Of a stretch of DNA of 64,000 bases, positions 10,230 through 20,235 are shown piece after piece. Both the position numbers and the translations under genes were made by a program. Positions within the stretch are counted from its first letter, which is position 1. Each line of letters begins with the position of its first letter. The stretch lies in contig OY782041.1 in assembly GCA_963677595.1 (NCBI GenBank), positions 4,128,001-4,192,000 of the forward strand, in the 5' to 3' direction. The DNA comes from Spirochaetia bacterium (GTDB lineage: Bacteria; Spirochaetota; Spirochaetia; CAKZLE01). The notes beneath the pieces are model-generated. The model did not search any database. It was not told the DNA's origin and saw only the letters and a list, made by a program, of their open reading frames with translations.

Positions 10230-10439
10230 TCAGAGGTTCACTGAGACTCGGTACACGCGATGATCACCATGATCTATCGGTGCAGTGTTCATGAGAGCCT
10301 CATTAAGACATCTGACGAGGATACTTTCCTGAAGGTCCGGATGCAGATTCAGGATATCCAAAGGGAATTTCGGATGCTGTTCATTATACTGGTCCACAAG
10401 CAGCCAGGTGCTTACTTCATACTCAGGCACACGTTTCAT
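10230..10439 (-). CDS. Small hypothetical protein (69 aa)
   Basis: Strong RBS (AGAGGAG) before ATG; fills the gap between ADH and AOR on the operon strand. Confidence 0.6.
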   Translation of the reverse strand: MKRVPEYEVSTWLLVDQYNEQHPKFPLDILNLHPDLQESILVRCLNEALMNTAPIDHGDHRVYRVSVNL

Positions 10440-10462
10440 GTCTCACTCCTCTGGTCTGTACG

Positions 10463-11587
10463 CTATACTCCTGCAGCCTTCCTCAGCAGCGCTGAACAGG
10501 CTTCCGGGGAAGCCGGCTTGATGTTGTTCTTCATGAGGAACATCGCAGACCCGATCTTCCCGAGCGCATCGAAGTCCCCTTCTTCCTTCAGCTGGGCCCG
10601 GACCTTCTCCAAGGCTTCCTGCAGTCCCAGCTCCTCCTGCAGGCTTTGCAGGATCGGGATGCAATCTGTATGGTCCTTCCCTCCAAGCAGCACCGCCAGC
10701 TCATCATAGACAGCTTCATTCCCGGCAACATTGAACTCAAGGGCATACGGCAGCAGGAAGGTGTTTCCCAGCCCGTGCGAGACATGCAGCGCACTGCAGA
10801 ACGGCGCTGAGATCGAGTGCACGATCCCCAGACCTCCCAGGTCCATCGCGATCCCAGCCATCATGGCAGCCTTTGCCATATCGCTCCTTGCCTCAAGGTC
10901 ACTCCCGTCCTTCACCACCTTCGCGAGAGAGCCCATGACCAGCTTGATCGCTGATTCGGCCAAGCTCAGGATGATCGGGTTCCGGTTGACGCCCGTGAAC
11001 GCCTCGATCCCGTGCGTGAGCGCATCCATCCCGGTGATCGCCGTCAAAAACGGCGGCAGTCCCGCCATCAGTTCCGGGTCGATCACCGCAAGGTCTGCGA
11101 AGATCGCATCCTGCTTGATCCCCTTCTTCGTGTTCCTGCTCCCGATCACCGCGACCCCGGTAACTTCACTTCCCGTCCCGGCTGTAGTGGGTACGGCAGC
11201 CAATGGCAGCGGGGTGGTCTCAAAGACCCGGTTATTCCACTGGTAGTCTTCCATCGGCCCGTCATTCACCGCCAGGCAGCATGCTGCCTTCGCCGTGTCG
11301 ATCACGCTCCCGCCTCCAAGTGCCACTACTTGACGGTACCCACCATCACGCAGCACCTGTACTAAGGCCATGACCATATCCTCATCAGGGTCAGGCAGCA
11401 CTGCATCATAGATACCAGTCTCCAGCCCTGAATCCTCAAGGGTCTTTTGCATCGTTCCCGCGAGTCCTGCTGCTACCAGCCCCTTGTCGGTGACCAGCAG
11501 CGTCTTCCCATTCCCGAGCGCCTTCGCGATCTCCTTCGATGCCCCTGTTCCCTCTATGATCCGTACCGGAAGGTAAAAACTTGTCAT
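10463..11587 (-). CDS. Iron-containing alcohol dehydrogenase
   Basis: GGGSVID, PTTAGTGSEVT, GMDALTH, H...HG metal ligands. Confidence 0.93.
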   Translation of the reverse strand: MTSFYLPVRIIEGTGASKEIAKALGNGKTLLVTDKGLVAAGLAGTMQKTLEDSGLETGIYDAVLPDPDEDMVMALVQVLRDGGYRQVVALGGGSVIDTAKAACCLAVNDGPMEDYQWNNRVFETTPLPLAAVPTTAGTGSEVTGVAVIGSRNTKKGIKQDAIFADLAVIDPELMAGLPPFLTAITGMDALTHGIEAFTGVNRNPIILSLAESAIKLVMGSLAKVVKDGSDLEARSDMAKAAMMAGIAMDLGGLGIVHSISAPFCSALHVSHGLGNTFLLPYALEFNVAGNEAVYDELAVLLGGKDHTDCIPILQSLQEELGLQEALEKVRAQLKEEGDFDALGKIGSAMFLMKNNIKPASPEACSALLRKAAGV

Positions 11588-11597
11588 TTCTTCGCTC

Positions 11598-13079
11598 CTA
11601 TTTCGCGGTGTTGACCCATACCGATCGCAGTTCCGTCACCGCCTCGATCGCGGCCGTCCCGTTATCCCGTCCGTATCCGCTCTCCTTGAACCCGCCGAAC
11701 GGCACGTTCGCCGAGAACATATCATAGGTGTTCACCCAGACGGCTCCGGCCTCAAGCGCAGAGGAGACTCTCATCGCCTTCCCCACGTTTTCAGTCCATA
11801 CCGCAGCGGCCAGCCCGTATCTGGTGTCATTGGCCCGCTCGATCACTTCCTCTTCGGTCTTGAAGGAATAGATGCATACCACCGGCCCGAAGATCTCCTC
11901 TTTCGAGATCACCGCATCATCCGGTACATCCGTGAACACGGTCGGCTCGATATAGTACCCGCCAGACGGCAGGTCCCCGCCGCTCATGGCGTTGCCGCCT
12001 GTTACCAGCGTTCCCTCGTCTTTCCCCGTCTCGATATACTCCATCACTGTCTTGTACTGGTGCTTATCGATGATCGGTCCCAGCACGGTTCCCTCATCCA
12101 TCGCGATCCCCGTCTTGGCTTCCTCGATCTTCTTCAGCAGTCCAGAGAGCACCTGCTCATAGATCCCTTCCTGGACATACAGACGGCTCCCGGCCACGCA
12201 GCTCTGCCCGGTATTCCCGAAAGCTGCCAGAAACGCTCCGTTGACCGCTTTCTCGATATCGGCATCGTTGAAGACGATGTTCGGCGCCTTGCTCCCCAGT
12301 TCGAGGGTCACCCGTTTCAGGTCCTCTGCCCCCGCCTTGATGATCGCCTTCCCTACCGGCGTTGATCCCGTGATCTGTACTTTCCGGATTCCCGGATGAT
12401 GTGCGATCGCGTTCCCGATCACACTTCCCCTTCCCGTCACGATGTTCAACACTCCTGCCGGCATCCCAGCCTCGCAAGCCAGTTCCCCCAGCCTGAGGAT
12501 ACATAATGACGCCACTGATGCCGGCTTGATGATCACGCAGTTCCCTGCTGCCAGCGCAGGGCCCGCCTTCTGAGAGAAGTGGATCAACGGGTAGTTCCAC
12601 GGCAGGATGATACCTATCGTACCAAGCGGGTGCCGCGTCGAATAGACGAACAGGTTCGGGATAGAAACAGGGATCGTTTCTCCGTTGATCCTGCTCGGGA
12701 TCCCTGAGGCATGCATCATATTCCGCGATGATACCGGTGCGTCGATCTTCATCGTATGGTTGATCGGTTTCCCCGTCTCCAGCGATTCGAGCTGCGCCAG
12801 CTCATCCTGATGTACTTCGATCAGCTGCGCAAACTTCCGAAGAACACTCTCACGGTACCCCGGTGCCGCTTTTGACCAACCCGGGAAAGCTGCTGCTGCA
12901 GCTGCTACAGCCGCATCGACATCAGACGCATCTGACGATGCGGTCAGCCCCAACCGGCTCCCGTCCGAGGCATTCCTCGCTGCCGCCTGTCCCCCGCTTA
13001 TCGCCGGGACGAAGGCCCCGCCTATCAGGTTCCCTTTCGCTTCACGTAAGAAACCCTCTACCTGTTCCAACATCTCCAT
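11598..13079 (-). CDS. NAD(P)-dependent aldehyde dehydrogenase
   Basis: PWNYP, TGSTPVG, LELGSK, GQSC catalytic Cys, EEIFGP, PFGGFKESG. Confidence 0.95.
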   Translation of the reverse strand: MEMLEQVEGFLREAKGNLIGGAFVPAISGGQAAARNASDGSRLGLTASSDASDVDAAVAAAAAAFPGWSKAAPGYRESVLRKFAQLIEVHQDELAQLESLETGKPINHTMKIDAPVSSRNMMHASGIPSRINGETIPVSIPNLFVYSTRHPLGTIGIILPWNYPLIHFSQKAGPALAAGNCVIIKPASVASLCILRLGELACEAGMPAGVLNIVTGRGSVIGNAIAHHPGIRKVQITGSTPVGKAIIKAGAEDLKRVTLELGSKAPNIVFNDADIEKAVNGAFLAAFGNTGQSCVAGSRLYVQEGIYEQVLSGLLKKIEEAKTGIAMDEGTVLGPIIDKHQYKTVMEYIETGKDEGTLVTGGNAMSGGDLPSGGYYIEPTVFTDVPDDAVISKEEIFGPVVCIYSFKTEEEVIERANDTRYGLAAAVWTENVGKAMRVSSALEAGAVWVNTYDMFSANVPFGGFKESGYGRDNGTAAIEAVTELRSVWVNTAK

Positions 13080-13122
13080 CTTCTCCACCTCGTTATCTCT
13101 ATATCGTCTCTTCCGTATTCTG

Positions 13123-14463
13123 TTATGAGAAGTCCAGCGTACTCAAATCATAGGATGGGTACACCACTTTCTTCAAATCCTTCATATGGGCTTTCGATGT
13201 GGCATCGATCCCGGTCTTGTTCTGTACTCCCACTGAGTCGCTGCACGGATCGAGCTCATGCCCCTGCGAGTTCGGAATCACGAAGACATCCTCCCGCGGG
13301 TTCACCCGGTTGGTCACGGCCCACCAGACCTCTGCTGCGTTGTAGATATCTGTATCCTCATCTACCACGATCACGTTCTTGATGTTCACATGGCTCGTCA
13401 TCGCAGCCATCGCTACGTTCTTCGGTTCCCCGTCATTGGACTTCCGCATCTGCACGATCGCCAGGAACCCTGACCCGTACGGAGGGATATGGACATCCAG
13501 CACATTCGCGGACACGTAGGTGCAGTGTTTTTCCAGCAGTGGTTCCCTCGGCAGCACGTTCCCCAGGTTGATATGCTCGAACGAGCCCCCGTTCATCGTC
13601 TGCCAGATCGCCCCATCGCGTCGGCAGATCGCTTTCAACTTGAAGACAGGGCTCTCCCAGAGTTTACCGTAGTGTCCCGTGAACTCAGCGAGCGGGCCCT
13701 CTTTTTCCAGCGTATCGGGGAGGATCTCCCCTTCAAGCACAAACTCGGCATGTGCCGGCACCATGATATCGCTCGTCTGGCACTTCACCACCTTGATGGG
13801 CTGCTTCCTGATCGCTGAGGCGATCTCCATCTCATCCCCGTCATACCGGAAACCTGCCGCGATCAGGATCGCCGGGTCCACGCCGACCGCTACGGCGATC
13901 GGCAGTCCCTCACCCTTCGCCCAGGCCTTCTTCATCATCTCCCGCAGATGCCGCCACTCATTGATCATGATCCCCGAACGGTTTGCACTCTTGATGTGCA
14001 TCCGCTGGAAGGAGACGTTCTGGCGCCCGGTCTCGGGGTCCTTTGAGATACATGCCCCCGCGGTGATGAACGGACCCCCGTCAAGGGGTGCATGGGTCGG
14101 TATCGGCAACTCCAGCAGGGAAGCTTCAGTCCCTGTCAGGATGTTCGCATGGAATTCGGCTGTCGCCACTTCTTTCGGCTTCACCGGGTGCTCATAGGCT
14201 TCCATCAGCACCTTGGAGATCTCGTTCGTCTCACATCCAAGCGCCAGGGCGATCTTCTTATGGCTTGAGAGCAGGCCGCCAACCACTTCTCCGGGTCTCC
14301 CCTTCAGGTTCTTGAAATGGACTGCCGGCAGGCCGCCCTTCTCGACCGTTGCCAGAATACTTCCCAGCTCCTGCTCGAGGTCGACCGGGCTCTCCAGCAG
14401 GTTCAATTCCCCCTGCTTTCTGAGCAGCTCCATATATGTTCGTAAATCGCTTACCACAGGCAT
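13123..14463 (-). CDS. ubiD: UbiD-family prFMN-dependent (de)carboxylase 1
   Basis: DGGPFITAG, QRMH, EGPLAEFTGHY, VVDED, LDP, GIDAT; AAGGGG RBS before ATG 14463. Family-level call, not necessarily ubiquinone synthesis. Confidence 0.92.
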   Translation of the reverse strand: MPVVSDLRTYMELLRKQGELNLLESPVDLEQELGSILATVEKGGLPAVHFKNLKGRPGEVVGGLLSSHKKIALALGCETNEISKVLMEAYEHPVKPKEVATAEFHANILTGTEASLLELPIPTHAPLDGGPFITAGACISKDPETGRQNVSFQRMHIKSANRSGIMINEWRHLREMMKKAWAKGEGLPIAVAVGVDPAILIAAGFRYDGDEMEIASAIRKQPIKVVKCQTSDIMVPAHAEFVLEGEILPDTLEKEGPLAEFTGHYGKLWESPVFKLKAICRRDGAIWQTMNGGSFEHINLGNVLPREPLLEKHCTYVSANVLDVHIPPYGSGFLAIVQMRKSNDGEPKNVAMAAMTSHVNIKNVIVVDEDTDIYNAAEVWWAVTNRVNPREDVFVIPNSQGHELDPCSDSVGVQNKTGIDATSKAHMKDLKKVVYPSYDLSTLDFS

Positions 14464-14548
14464 CCCCTTATTCGTTATTCTTATCATGACCATTCTACCA
14501 AGCTGAATCAATAGATGCAAAAAGAATCAACCAGCATGCAATACCTGG

Positions 14549-14923
14549 TTAGAAATCAGAGGGTTCCCGTACGATGGAGACAGCAGAGTAATCGACCAGC
14601 CCTCCGATCGCCACTGACGGCTTCTTCACCGTGATCCGGATCTGTTTCACCGGGTATGCGGCATTGATCTCCTCAGCAATCCGGTATGCCAGACGCTGCA
14701 GCAGCTTATGCTCCTCGGTAGTCACGACTTTCTTCACGATGTTGAACACCGATACATAGCTGAATCCCTTCTCCAGGTCATCAGTCAGGCACATCTCGGT
14801 CATGTCGAGTACGACTTCCGCATCCACGATGAACTTCTGTCCCAGCGTGTTCTCCTCGGCGAAATGTCCATGAGTTGCCCACAGCTGGATGTTCTTCACG
14901 ATCAACACATCTTCTTTTACCAT
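14549..14923 (-). CDS. folB: FolB/dihydroneopterin aldolase-like T-fold protein (E74->Q variant)
   Basis: HGHFAEE..GQKFIVD, SY, LLQRLA..IA, ITVKKP; GAGGTG RBS. Family-level call. Confidence 0.85.
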   Translation of the reverse strand: MVKEDVLIVKNIQLWATHGHFAEENTLGQKFIVDAEVVLDMTEMCLTDDLEKGFSYVSVFNIVKKVVTTEEHKLLQRLAYRIAEEINAAYPVKQIRITVKKPSVAIGGLVDYSAVSIVREPSDF

Positions 14924-14996
14924 TGTATTCACCTCTTATTCATAAAATCATTCACGGTCATCGTTGTCCTCTATGATAACCGCCTCCATCCTGCAC

Positions 14997-16862
14997 CTAA
15001 ACGAATAGCTTTTCGCCCTCCAGGGCAGCCTCTTTCGCTTCACGGTCGGCAGGGATGCCTCCATCCCAGCCCCGAAGCGCGTAATATTCCTCTTTCATCT
15101 CATCCAGAAAACTGAGGCAGGTCCTCGTCTCCCCGGTCTTGACGAGTCCCTTCAGCCGGTCCCCGTCGTATATATCGACGGTGATGGGTTCGGTCAGGAA
15201 CCGCTCAGGGAGCCTGTCCTCCTCCGGGGAGATACCTTCCCGGAGATTGAATAACCGCTCCATTTCGATGATGCCGTCACCAAGTGTCATTATCCCCTTT
15301 GCATCCATGGGCTCCTTGAAGATATGGCTCCAGGCTTCAGCCAAGTCGGACGGCATGATGGCATAACTCTCCGGACAGGCGAACTTGCAGATCCCCAAAG
15401 AGTCTGAAAGGGCATTGACCTCTTCCGAGATGATCTGCACGGCCCCCTTATGGGTAGGCGTGTGGGTTTCCAATGCGTCCGGCAGCAGTTCCGGGGCAAT
15501 AACCTCCATTGCCGCTACATTGTTCGCCACGTCAAGGGTCGGCAGGGCGTACAGCCCGTCACCGCCCCAGCTGGAGACCGCATTGTTCAGCCCGAAGGTC
15601 TGCGACTGCCTCGGTTCCTGGGCTGAGAGCTCCACCCCTTTCACCTGCATGGCATACGGCAGGCATTCAGGGTGTGCTTCACAGAACTTTCTTGTCCCGT
15701 TCCGAAGCATACCCCCGAGTCCCTTGTCCTCGATCATCTCTTCCCAGAGCCTGTCGATATCTTCAGGGTTCCCCCACTGAACTCTATAGTCCCTGGGAAG
15801 GATCCCCCGCTGTGAGCATTCCATGGCAAAGGCTACGATCCCACCGAAGCCAGACGGGTCGACGCCGTCTTTCAGGCAGCGGTCATAGAGGTCAACCAGG
15901 TATGCCAGGTCTCCGTTGCCGATCCTCGCCCCCAGGGTCCAGATCGGTTCGAGTTCCAAGCCTTCGGTATCCACCCGCTCGGTCCGCGTCTTCCTGATAC
16001 AACCGATATCGCAGCTCTCACAGCTCTTCGTCCCCACCGTTATATCCTTGATCGCTTCCGCGTTGAAGTTCTCGATCATCTCGAAGGAGGGCTGCTGATA
16101 GTTCCTCGTCGGCCAGTCCCCACGCAGATTCTTACTGCTGATGAACAGGGCTTTCCCCACATCCCGCAGCCTCACCGATGTCTGGTGGGTAGCTACCTTT
16201 TCCCTGACGACTTCAGATAACGACAGCCATTCCTTTTCTTGAATCCATGAAGGAGTGTACTCGCCTGGTTCGGCTACGATCCCCTTGAGCCTCTTACTGC
16301 CCATTATGGTCCCGCAGCCACGCAAGGTCATCGAGTAACCATCCGCGATTGCCGCCGCAAGCCCCGTCATGGCTTCTCCTGCTCGCCCGATCGCAAGGCT
16401 TGAACTGCCTGTGTAGACTTCTGCCATCCGTGCGGCAAATACCTGCGTATCAGTTCCCTGATAGGCTTCCGCATTCTTGAACCGGACTTCCTTCCCTGCA
16501 AGGTGCAGATAGACTGGAGTCTCTGATCTCCCCTGGATGATCACCGCGGCATACCCGAGACTGTGCAATACGATACCAAACCGTCCCCACGCCAGGCTGC
16601 TCCGGATCCCCCCGGTCAGGGAGGATTTCTCCGTGACATGCCACTGTACCGCTGAGGGCCAGCCGCTGCCCGCTAGCAGCCCTGTGGTGATGATCATCGG
16701 TGATGATCCTGCAAGGGGATCCTCGCCTGCGGTGGTATATTCATACAGCAGCCGGGCCCCGAGACCGCGACCGCCGAGATACTGCTTCAGTACTTTCTCC
16801 TCAAGTGTCCTCGTCCTGAAAGTTTGTGTGTGCAGGTCTATTTCCAGGCAACGGTTATTCAA
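14997..16862 (-). CDS. Aldehyde:ferredoxin oxidoreductase (AOR/WOR) family protein 2
   Basis: Paralog of 8338-10194; CESCDIGC, DSLGICKF, YYALRGWD; TTG start with GGAGGGAG RBS overlapping the upstream stop. Confidence 0.9.
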   Translation of the reverse strand: MNNRCLEIDLHTQTFRTRTLEEKVLKQYLGGRGLGARLLYEYTTAGEDPLAGSSPMIITTGLLAGSGWPSAVQWHVTEKSSLTGGIRSSLAWGRFGIVLHSLGYAAVIIQGRSETPVYLHLAGKEVRFKNAEAYQGTDTQVFAARMAEVYTGSSSLAIGRAGEAMTGLAAAIADGYSMTLRGCGTIMGSKRLKGIVAEPGEYTPSWIQEKEWLSLSEVVREKVATHQTSVRLRDVGKALFISSKNLRGDWPTRNYQQPSFEMIENFNAEAIKDITVGTKSCESCDIGCIRKTRTERVDTEGLELEPIWTLGARIGNGDLAYLVDLYDRCLKDGVDPSGFGGIVAFAMECSQRGILPRDYRVQWGNPEDIDRLWEEMIEDKGLGGMLRNGTRKFCEAHPECLPYAMQVKGVELSAQEPRQSQTFGLNNAVSSWGGDGLYALPTLDVANNVAAMEVIAPELLPDALETHTPTHKGAVQIISEEVNALSDSLGICKFACPESYAIMPSDLAEAWSHIFKEPMDAKGIMTLGDGIIEMERLFNLREGISPEEDRLPERFLTEPITVDIYDGDRLKGLVKTGETRTCLSFLDEMKEEYYALRGWDGGIPADREAKEAALEGEKLFV

Positions 16863-17496
16863 GGGAGCTCCCTCCCTGGGACCGTCCATGCTCAAGGAGT
16901 ATAGCTGCCTTTCCCAGGCACCTGCCGATGTCCTGCATGCTGGTGATGCCGACCTCGTCCTCCCGGGCACCTTTCAGTCCCCGGTTCTGGGTCCACATCT
17001 TACCGCCGGTGTAGTTGAAGTTCGCGCTCGACCCGCCGACCACGAAGATATTCCTCGCCAGGCACAGGTTGATCATGCAGTTGATCGTCAACTCCTGGCC
17101 TCCTGCCCTGCTGCCGCCGACGGCCAGGGCAGATGCAGGCTTACCGAACAATCCGGGCACCTTCTCTCGCATGGCCCGCATCTTATTGAACAGGAGCAGC
17201 ATCGAAGGGGTCGGGTTATAGGAATAGACCGGGGATGCCAGAATGTAGCCATCCGCATCGAAGAACTTCGTCAGCATCGCTGCGGTATCGTCTTCATGAA
17301 TACACTTCCCGGGGTTCCTGAGACAGTAGTTGCACCCGTTGCAGGGCTTGATGTCATAGTCCCTCAGTTTCATCACATCGGTCACGATATCTTCATGGAC
17401 CTCCGCTGCAGCTTCTAGGGACAGGCCTAGCGCATAGTCAGTGACCCCCTTGGTATAGCTTGAGGAGATCCCTAGGATCTTGATCTTCTTACTCAT
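16855..17496 (-). CDS. Iron-sulfur flavoprotein (ISF / multimeric flavodoxin family)
   Basis: CxxCxxCx6C (CNGCNYCLRNPGKC), ASPVY, GGQE. Confidence 0.88.
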   Translation of the reverse strand: MSKKIKILGISSSYTKGVTDYALGLSLEAAAEVHEDIVTDVMKLRDYDIKPCNGCNYCLRNPGKCIHEDDTAAMLTKFFDADGYILASPVYSYNPTPSMLLLFNKMRAMREKVPGLFGKPASALAVGGSRAGGQELTINCMINLCLARNIFVVGGSSANFNYTGGKMWTQNRGLKGAREDEVGITSMQDIGRCLGKAAILLEHGRSQGGSSLE

Positions 17497-17540
17497 TGTG
17501 CACCTCGCATTTATCTTGGAGATTGTTCTCAGGATTCGAA

Positions 17541-18131
17541 TCAGGTAGAGAACCCGTCTCTCAGGATCTCTTCGGCTTCATCGAGCCAGGACTCCCTCTG
17601 GGCCTGGCTGCTCATGAACACCCGGCAGAAATCTTTCTTTATGACCTTCCGGGCACCACAGTTCCCGAACACCACGGTATCCCAGAACCGACCGATGGGA
17701 TCTCCCAGCTCCGCCAATTCCTCCTCGGGACAGTCAGAGGTATTGAATACTGTAACCAATCTGGTACGCAGCAGTGGGACGAATCTCCCGTCCTCACCCC
17801 GTTTCCCGATGAACTTGAAGGCAACACCGGCACGTATGATACGGTCTACCCACCCTTTCAGCACAGCTGGAGGCTGGTGCCTCCAGTTGGGATGCACGAT
17901 GACGACGCCATCTGCGCGTTTGAGCTCATCGCAATGTTCCTTCATCTGTCCGACCGGTACATAGCTGTCTTCCAACTCCTCCATTGAGAGGAGCGGGTCG
18001 AAGCCCTCAGCATACAGGTCATGATAGAAGACTTCGTGACCCAAGCTCTCAAGTACGGATACTGCCCGCCCGGCTATCCCATGGTTCAGGCTCCCCTGTT
18101 TGGGATGCCCGACCAATACCATAATATTCAC
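17541..18131 (-). CDS. NAD(P)H-dependent oxidoreductase, flavodoxin-like fold (KefF/MdaB/AzoR-like)
   Basis: GHPKQGSLN, DLYAEGFDP, HPNW..PPAVLKGWVDR; AAGGA RBS before GTG. Confidence 0.85.
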   Translation of the reverse strand: MNIMVLVGHPKQGSLNHGIAGRAVSVLESLGHEVFYHDLYAEGFDPLLSMEELEDSYVPVGQMKEHCDELKRADGVVIVHPNWRHQPPAVLKGWVDRIIRAGVAFKFIGKRGEDGRFVPLLRTRLVTVFNTSDCPEEELAELGDPIGRFWDTVVFGNCGARKVIKKDFCRVFMSSQAQRESWLDEAEEILRDGFST

Positions 18132-18204
18132 AACACGTTCCTTATAGCTTTCCAGGTGCCAAGTGATCAAAACACATCCTGTACGCAATCAGCCCTGAAG
18201 TATG

Positions 18205-18237
18205 AACAGCGGAAACTGCCAAGGCGTTTCCGCTGTT
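18205..18237. terminator. Stem-loop (terminator or mRNA processing/stability element)
   Basis: 12-bp perfect inverted repeat AACAGCGGAAAC...GTTTCCGCTGTT; no clear U-tract. Confidence 0.45.
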
Positions 18238-18391
18238 AGTATGTTCATGAACCGTTACTCAGCCAGTACCTTCTGCCTGGGAGACAGTCAGGTTGACACC
18301 CCTAAGCGGTCAGCACTTCCTACAGATACCGGTGATAACGGCAGTCAAGGTCTGTTCCTTCATCGATCGTTCTCTCAATACCTGCAATGGA

Positions 18392-19294
18392 TCAGGATTT
18401 GATCGCCCCGGCCATCACACCGTTCACGAATGCCTTCTGGGCCGTGAGAAACACAATCAGCGGCGGCAGCATCAGCAGTACCGCACCGGCAGCCTGTACC
18501 GTGATATACTCGCCATACCCGCCGGCAGAGTTTGCCAGGACAGCAGTCAGCGGCCTGATTGAAGAATCAGGGATGATGATCAAGGCTCGCAGGAGATCAT
18601 TCCAGACCCACAGGAAATCGAAGATAGCAAGGGATGCGATTGCAGGTCCTGAAAGCGGCAGTACGATGTTGAAGAGCATATGCCTCGTCTTGGCTCCGTC
18701 TATTTTGGCAGCATTCAGCAGCTCCCTGGGGATCTGTATCATGAAACTGCCCAGGAGGAAGACTCCGAACGGGACTGTCGATGCGATATAACTCATCCAT
18801 ACACCGGGATAGGTATTGACCAGATGGGTCATCTTCAGGATTACCAGCGTCGGGTACAGGGTAATCTCTGGCGGTATGATGATAAGGCCTGTAACGAAGG
18901 CGAACAGCATCAGGCGGCCAGGGAAATCTGTCAGGGTGAACACATATGCAGCTGATGCACAGACCAGTACAACCCCCAAGGTCGTTGGGAAGGTGATCAG
19001 CACACTGTTGATCAGTCCCGTTGAGAGGTTCTGCATCCCCAGCATGGCCTTATAGTTCGACAGGTCGAATTTCGGGTTTATGAACACAGTCCACCATCCG
19101 GATCCTGTCGCATCGGTGAACGGCCTGAACGAGTTTATCACTAGCCCGATGAGGGGGATGAGCCATACCAGCACGACGAAGAGGACTACGATCCTGATGA
19201 TAAGCACAGACGGCTTCAGTGCCGGTCTCTTCACGGGATACACCTGCGCGGTCCCCGCGGTCATATTACTATTTTGGAGAGTTCTCTGATTCAT
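18392..19294 (-). CDS. Carbohydrate (CUT1) ABC permease, alpha-glucoside AglG-like
   Basis: NSFRP, SGWWT, EAA-like loop 'ELLNAAKIDGA', FLWVWNDLL. Confidence 0.88.
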   Translation of the reverse strand: MNQRTLQNSNMTAGTAQVYPVKRPALKPSVLIIRIVVLFVVLVWLIPLIGLVINSFRPFTDATGSGWWTVFINPKFDLSNYKAMLGMQNLSTGLINSVLITFPTTLGVVLVCASAAYVFTLTDFPGRLMLFAFVTGLIIIPPEITLYPTLVILKMTHLVNTYPGVWMSYIASTVPFGVFLLGSFMIQIPRELLNAAKIDGAKTRHMLFNIVLPLSGPAIASLAIFDFLWVWNDLLRALIIIPDSSIRPLTAVLANSAGGYGEYITVQAAGAVLLMLPPLIVFLTAQKAFVNGVMAGAIKS

Positions 19295-20232
19295 TTTTCC
19301 TCCCCTATCTTTCTGGTTATACTGAACACGGTAACGATGATCAGACTCATGATAGTCACGATCGCTGCTCCGTATTGCGGTTTCATGAAACGGAACGTCT
19401 GCTCGAAAAACAGGAGCGCCATCGTCCGGCTCATGCCGGCAGGACCGCCCTCGGTCGTCACATAGACTACATCGAACACCTTCAATACTTGGACGAGCTG
19501 GGTCACGAGCAAGAATGATATCGGCTGCCTGATCGAAGGCACCGTTATATGCCAGAACCGCTGCCAGCTGGTAGTCCCGTCCACTTTTCCTGCATCAAGC
19601 AGGTCCTGGCTCACACCCTTCAGGGCTGCCGAGAGGATGATCACGGACATACCGCACTGGCTCCAGACCCACGCAGCGATCTGTGAGGGTATGACCAGTT
19701 CGGGGTCTCCCAGCCATGAGTAGGATCCATGCAGCACCGCATTGAGGAACCCGATCTTCGGGCTCGGTGCATACATGAACATCCAGATGATCCCGATGAC
19801 CGTTCCGGAGATGACCATGGGCAGGAAGAAGGTACTCCTGACCAGGGCCTGAAGCCTCCTGTTCCGTTTGTCTACGAACGACAGGTTCACATTATCTGCA
19901 ACGAGGGCAACGATCATCCCTATGATGATAACCGCCGGCACAGCCACGATTATCCACTTCAGACTGACAACAAGGGCACCGGTCGGGAATGATGCCGGGA
20001 AATCCTCAAGATTCAGGAATTTATTGTCAGAAAATAATTTGACGAAGTTCTCAAACCCGACATACCCTTTCAGCTTAAAACCTGTTGGTTCAGCGACACT
20101 CAACCTCAATGTATAGAGGACAGGTACCAGCTGAAAGGCTAACACTAAGATCAATGCCGGGGCGGCAAGAAGCAGCCCCGACAGGTTTGAACTACGTCTT
20201 TGTTTTCTTTTAAACAAGTAACGTAATTTCAC
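19291..20232 (-). CDS. Carbohydrate (CUT1) ABC permease, AglF-like
   Basis: FFLPMVIS, DLLDAGKVDG, LKVFD...GGP. Confidence 0.88.
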   Translation of the reverse strand: MKLRYLFKRKQRRSSNLSGLLLAAPALILVLAFQLVPVLYTLRLSVAEPTGFKLKGYVGFENFVKLFSDNKFLNLEDFPASFPTGALVVSLKWIIVAVPAVIIIGMIVALVADNVNLSFVDKRNRRLQALVRSTFFLPMVISGTVIGIIWMFMYAPSPKIGFLNAVLHGSYSWLGDPELVIPSQIAAWVWSQCGMSVIILSAALKGVSQDLLDAGKVDGTTSWQRFWHITVPSIRQPISFLLVTQLVQVLKVFDVVYVTTEGGPAGMSRTMALLFFEQTFRFMKPQYGAAIVTIMSLIIVTVFSITRKIGEEK

Positions 20233-20235
20233 TAT

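Noticed and set aside
10194-10439. Selenocysteine read-through fusing the 69-aa ORF (TGA stop) to AOR1
   Set aside because: The two ORFs are in different frames
18250-18310. TPP-riboswitch-like fragments on the minus strand (TAGGGGTG...GGCTGAG)
   Set aside because: The downstream ACCC...ACCTGA...TAAT..CC.GCG.AGG elements are missing or out of order
18324-18337. Degenerate copy of the LacI operator (AGATACCGGTGATA)
   Set aside because: Only 10/14 match and not palindromic in the arms; compatible with chance
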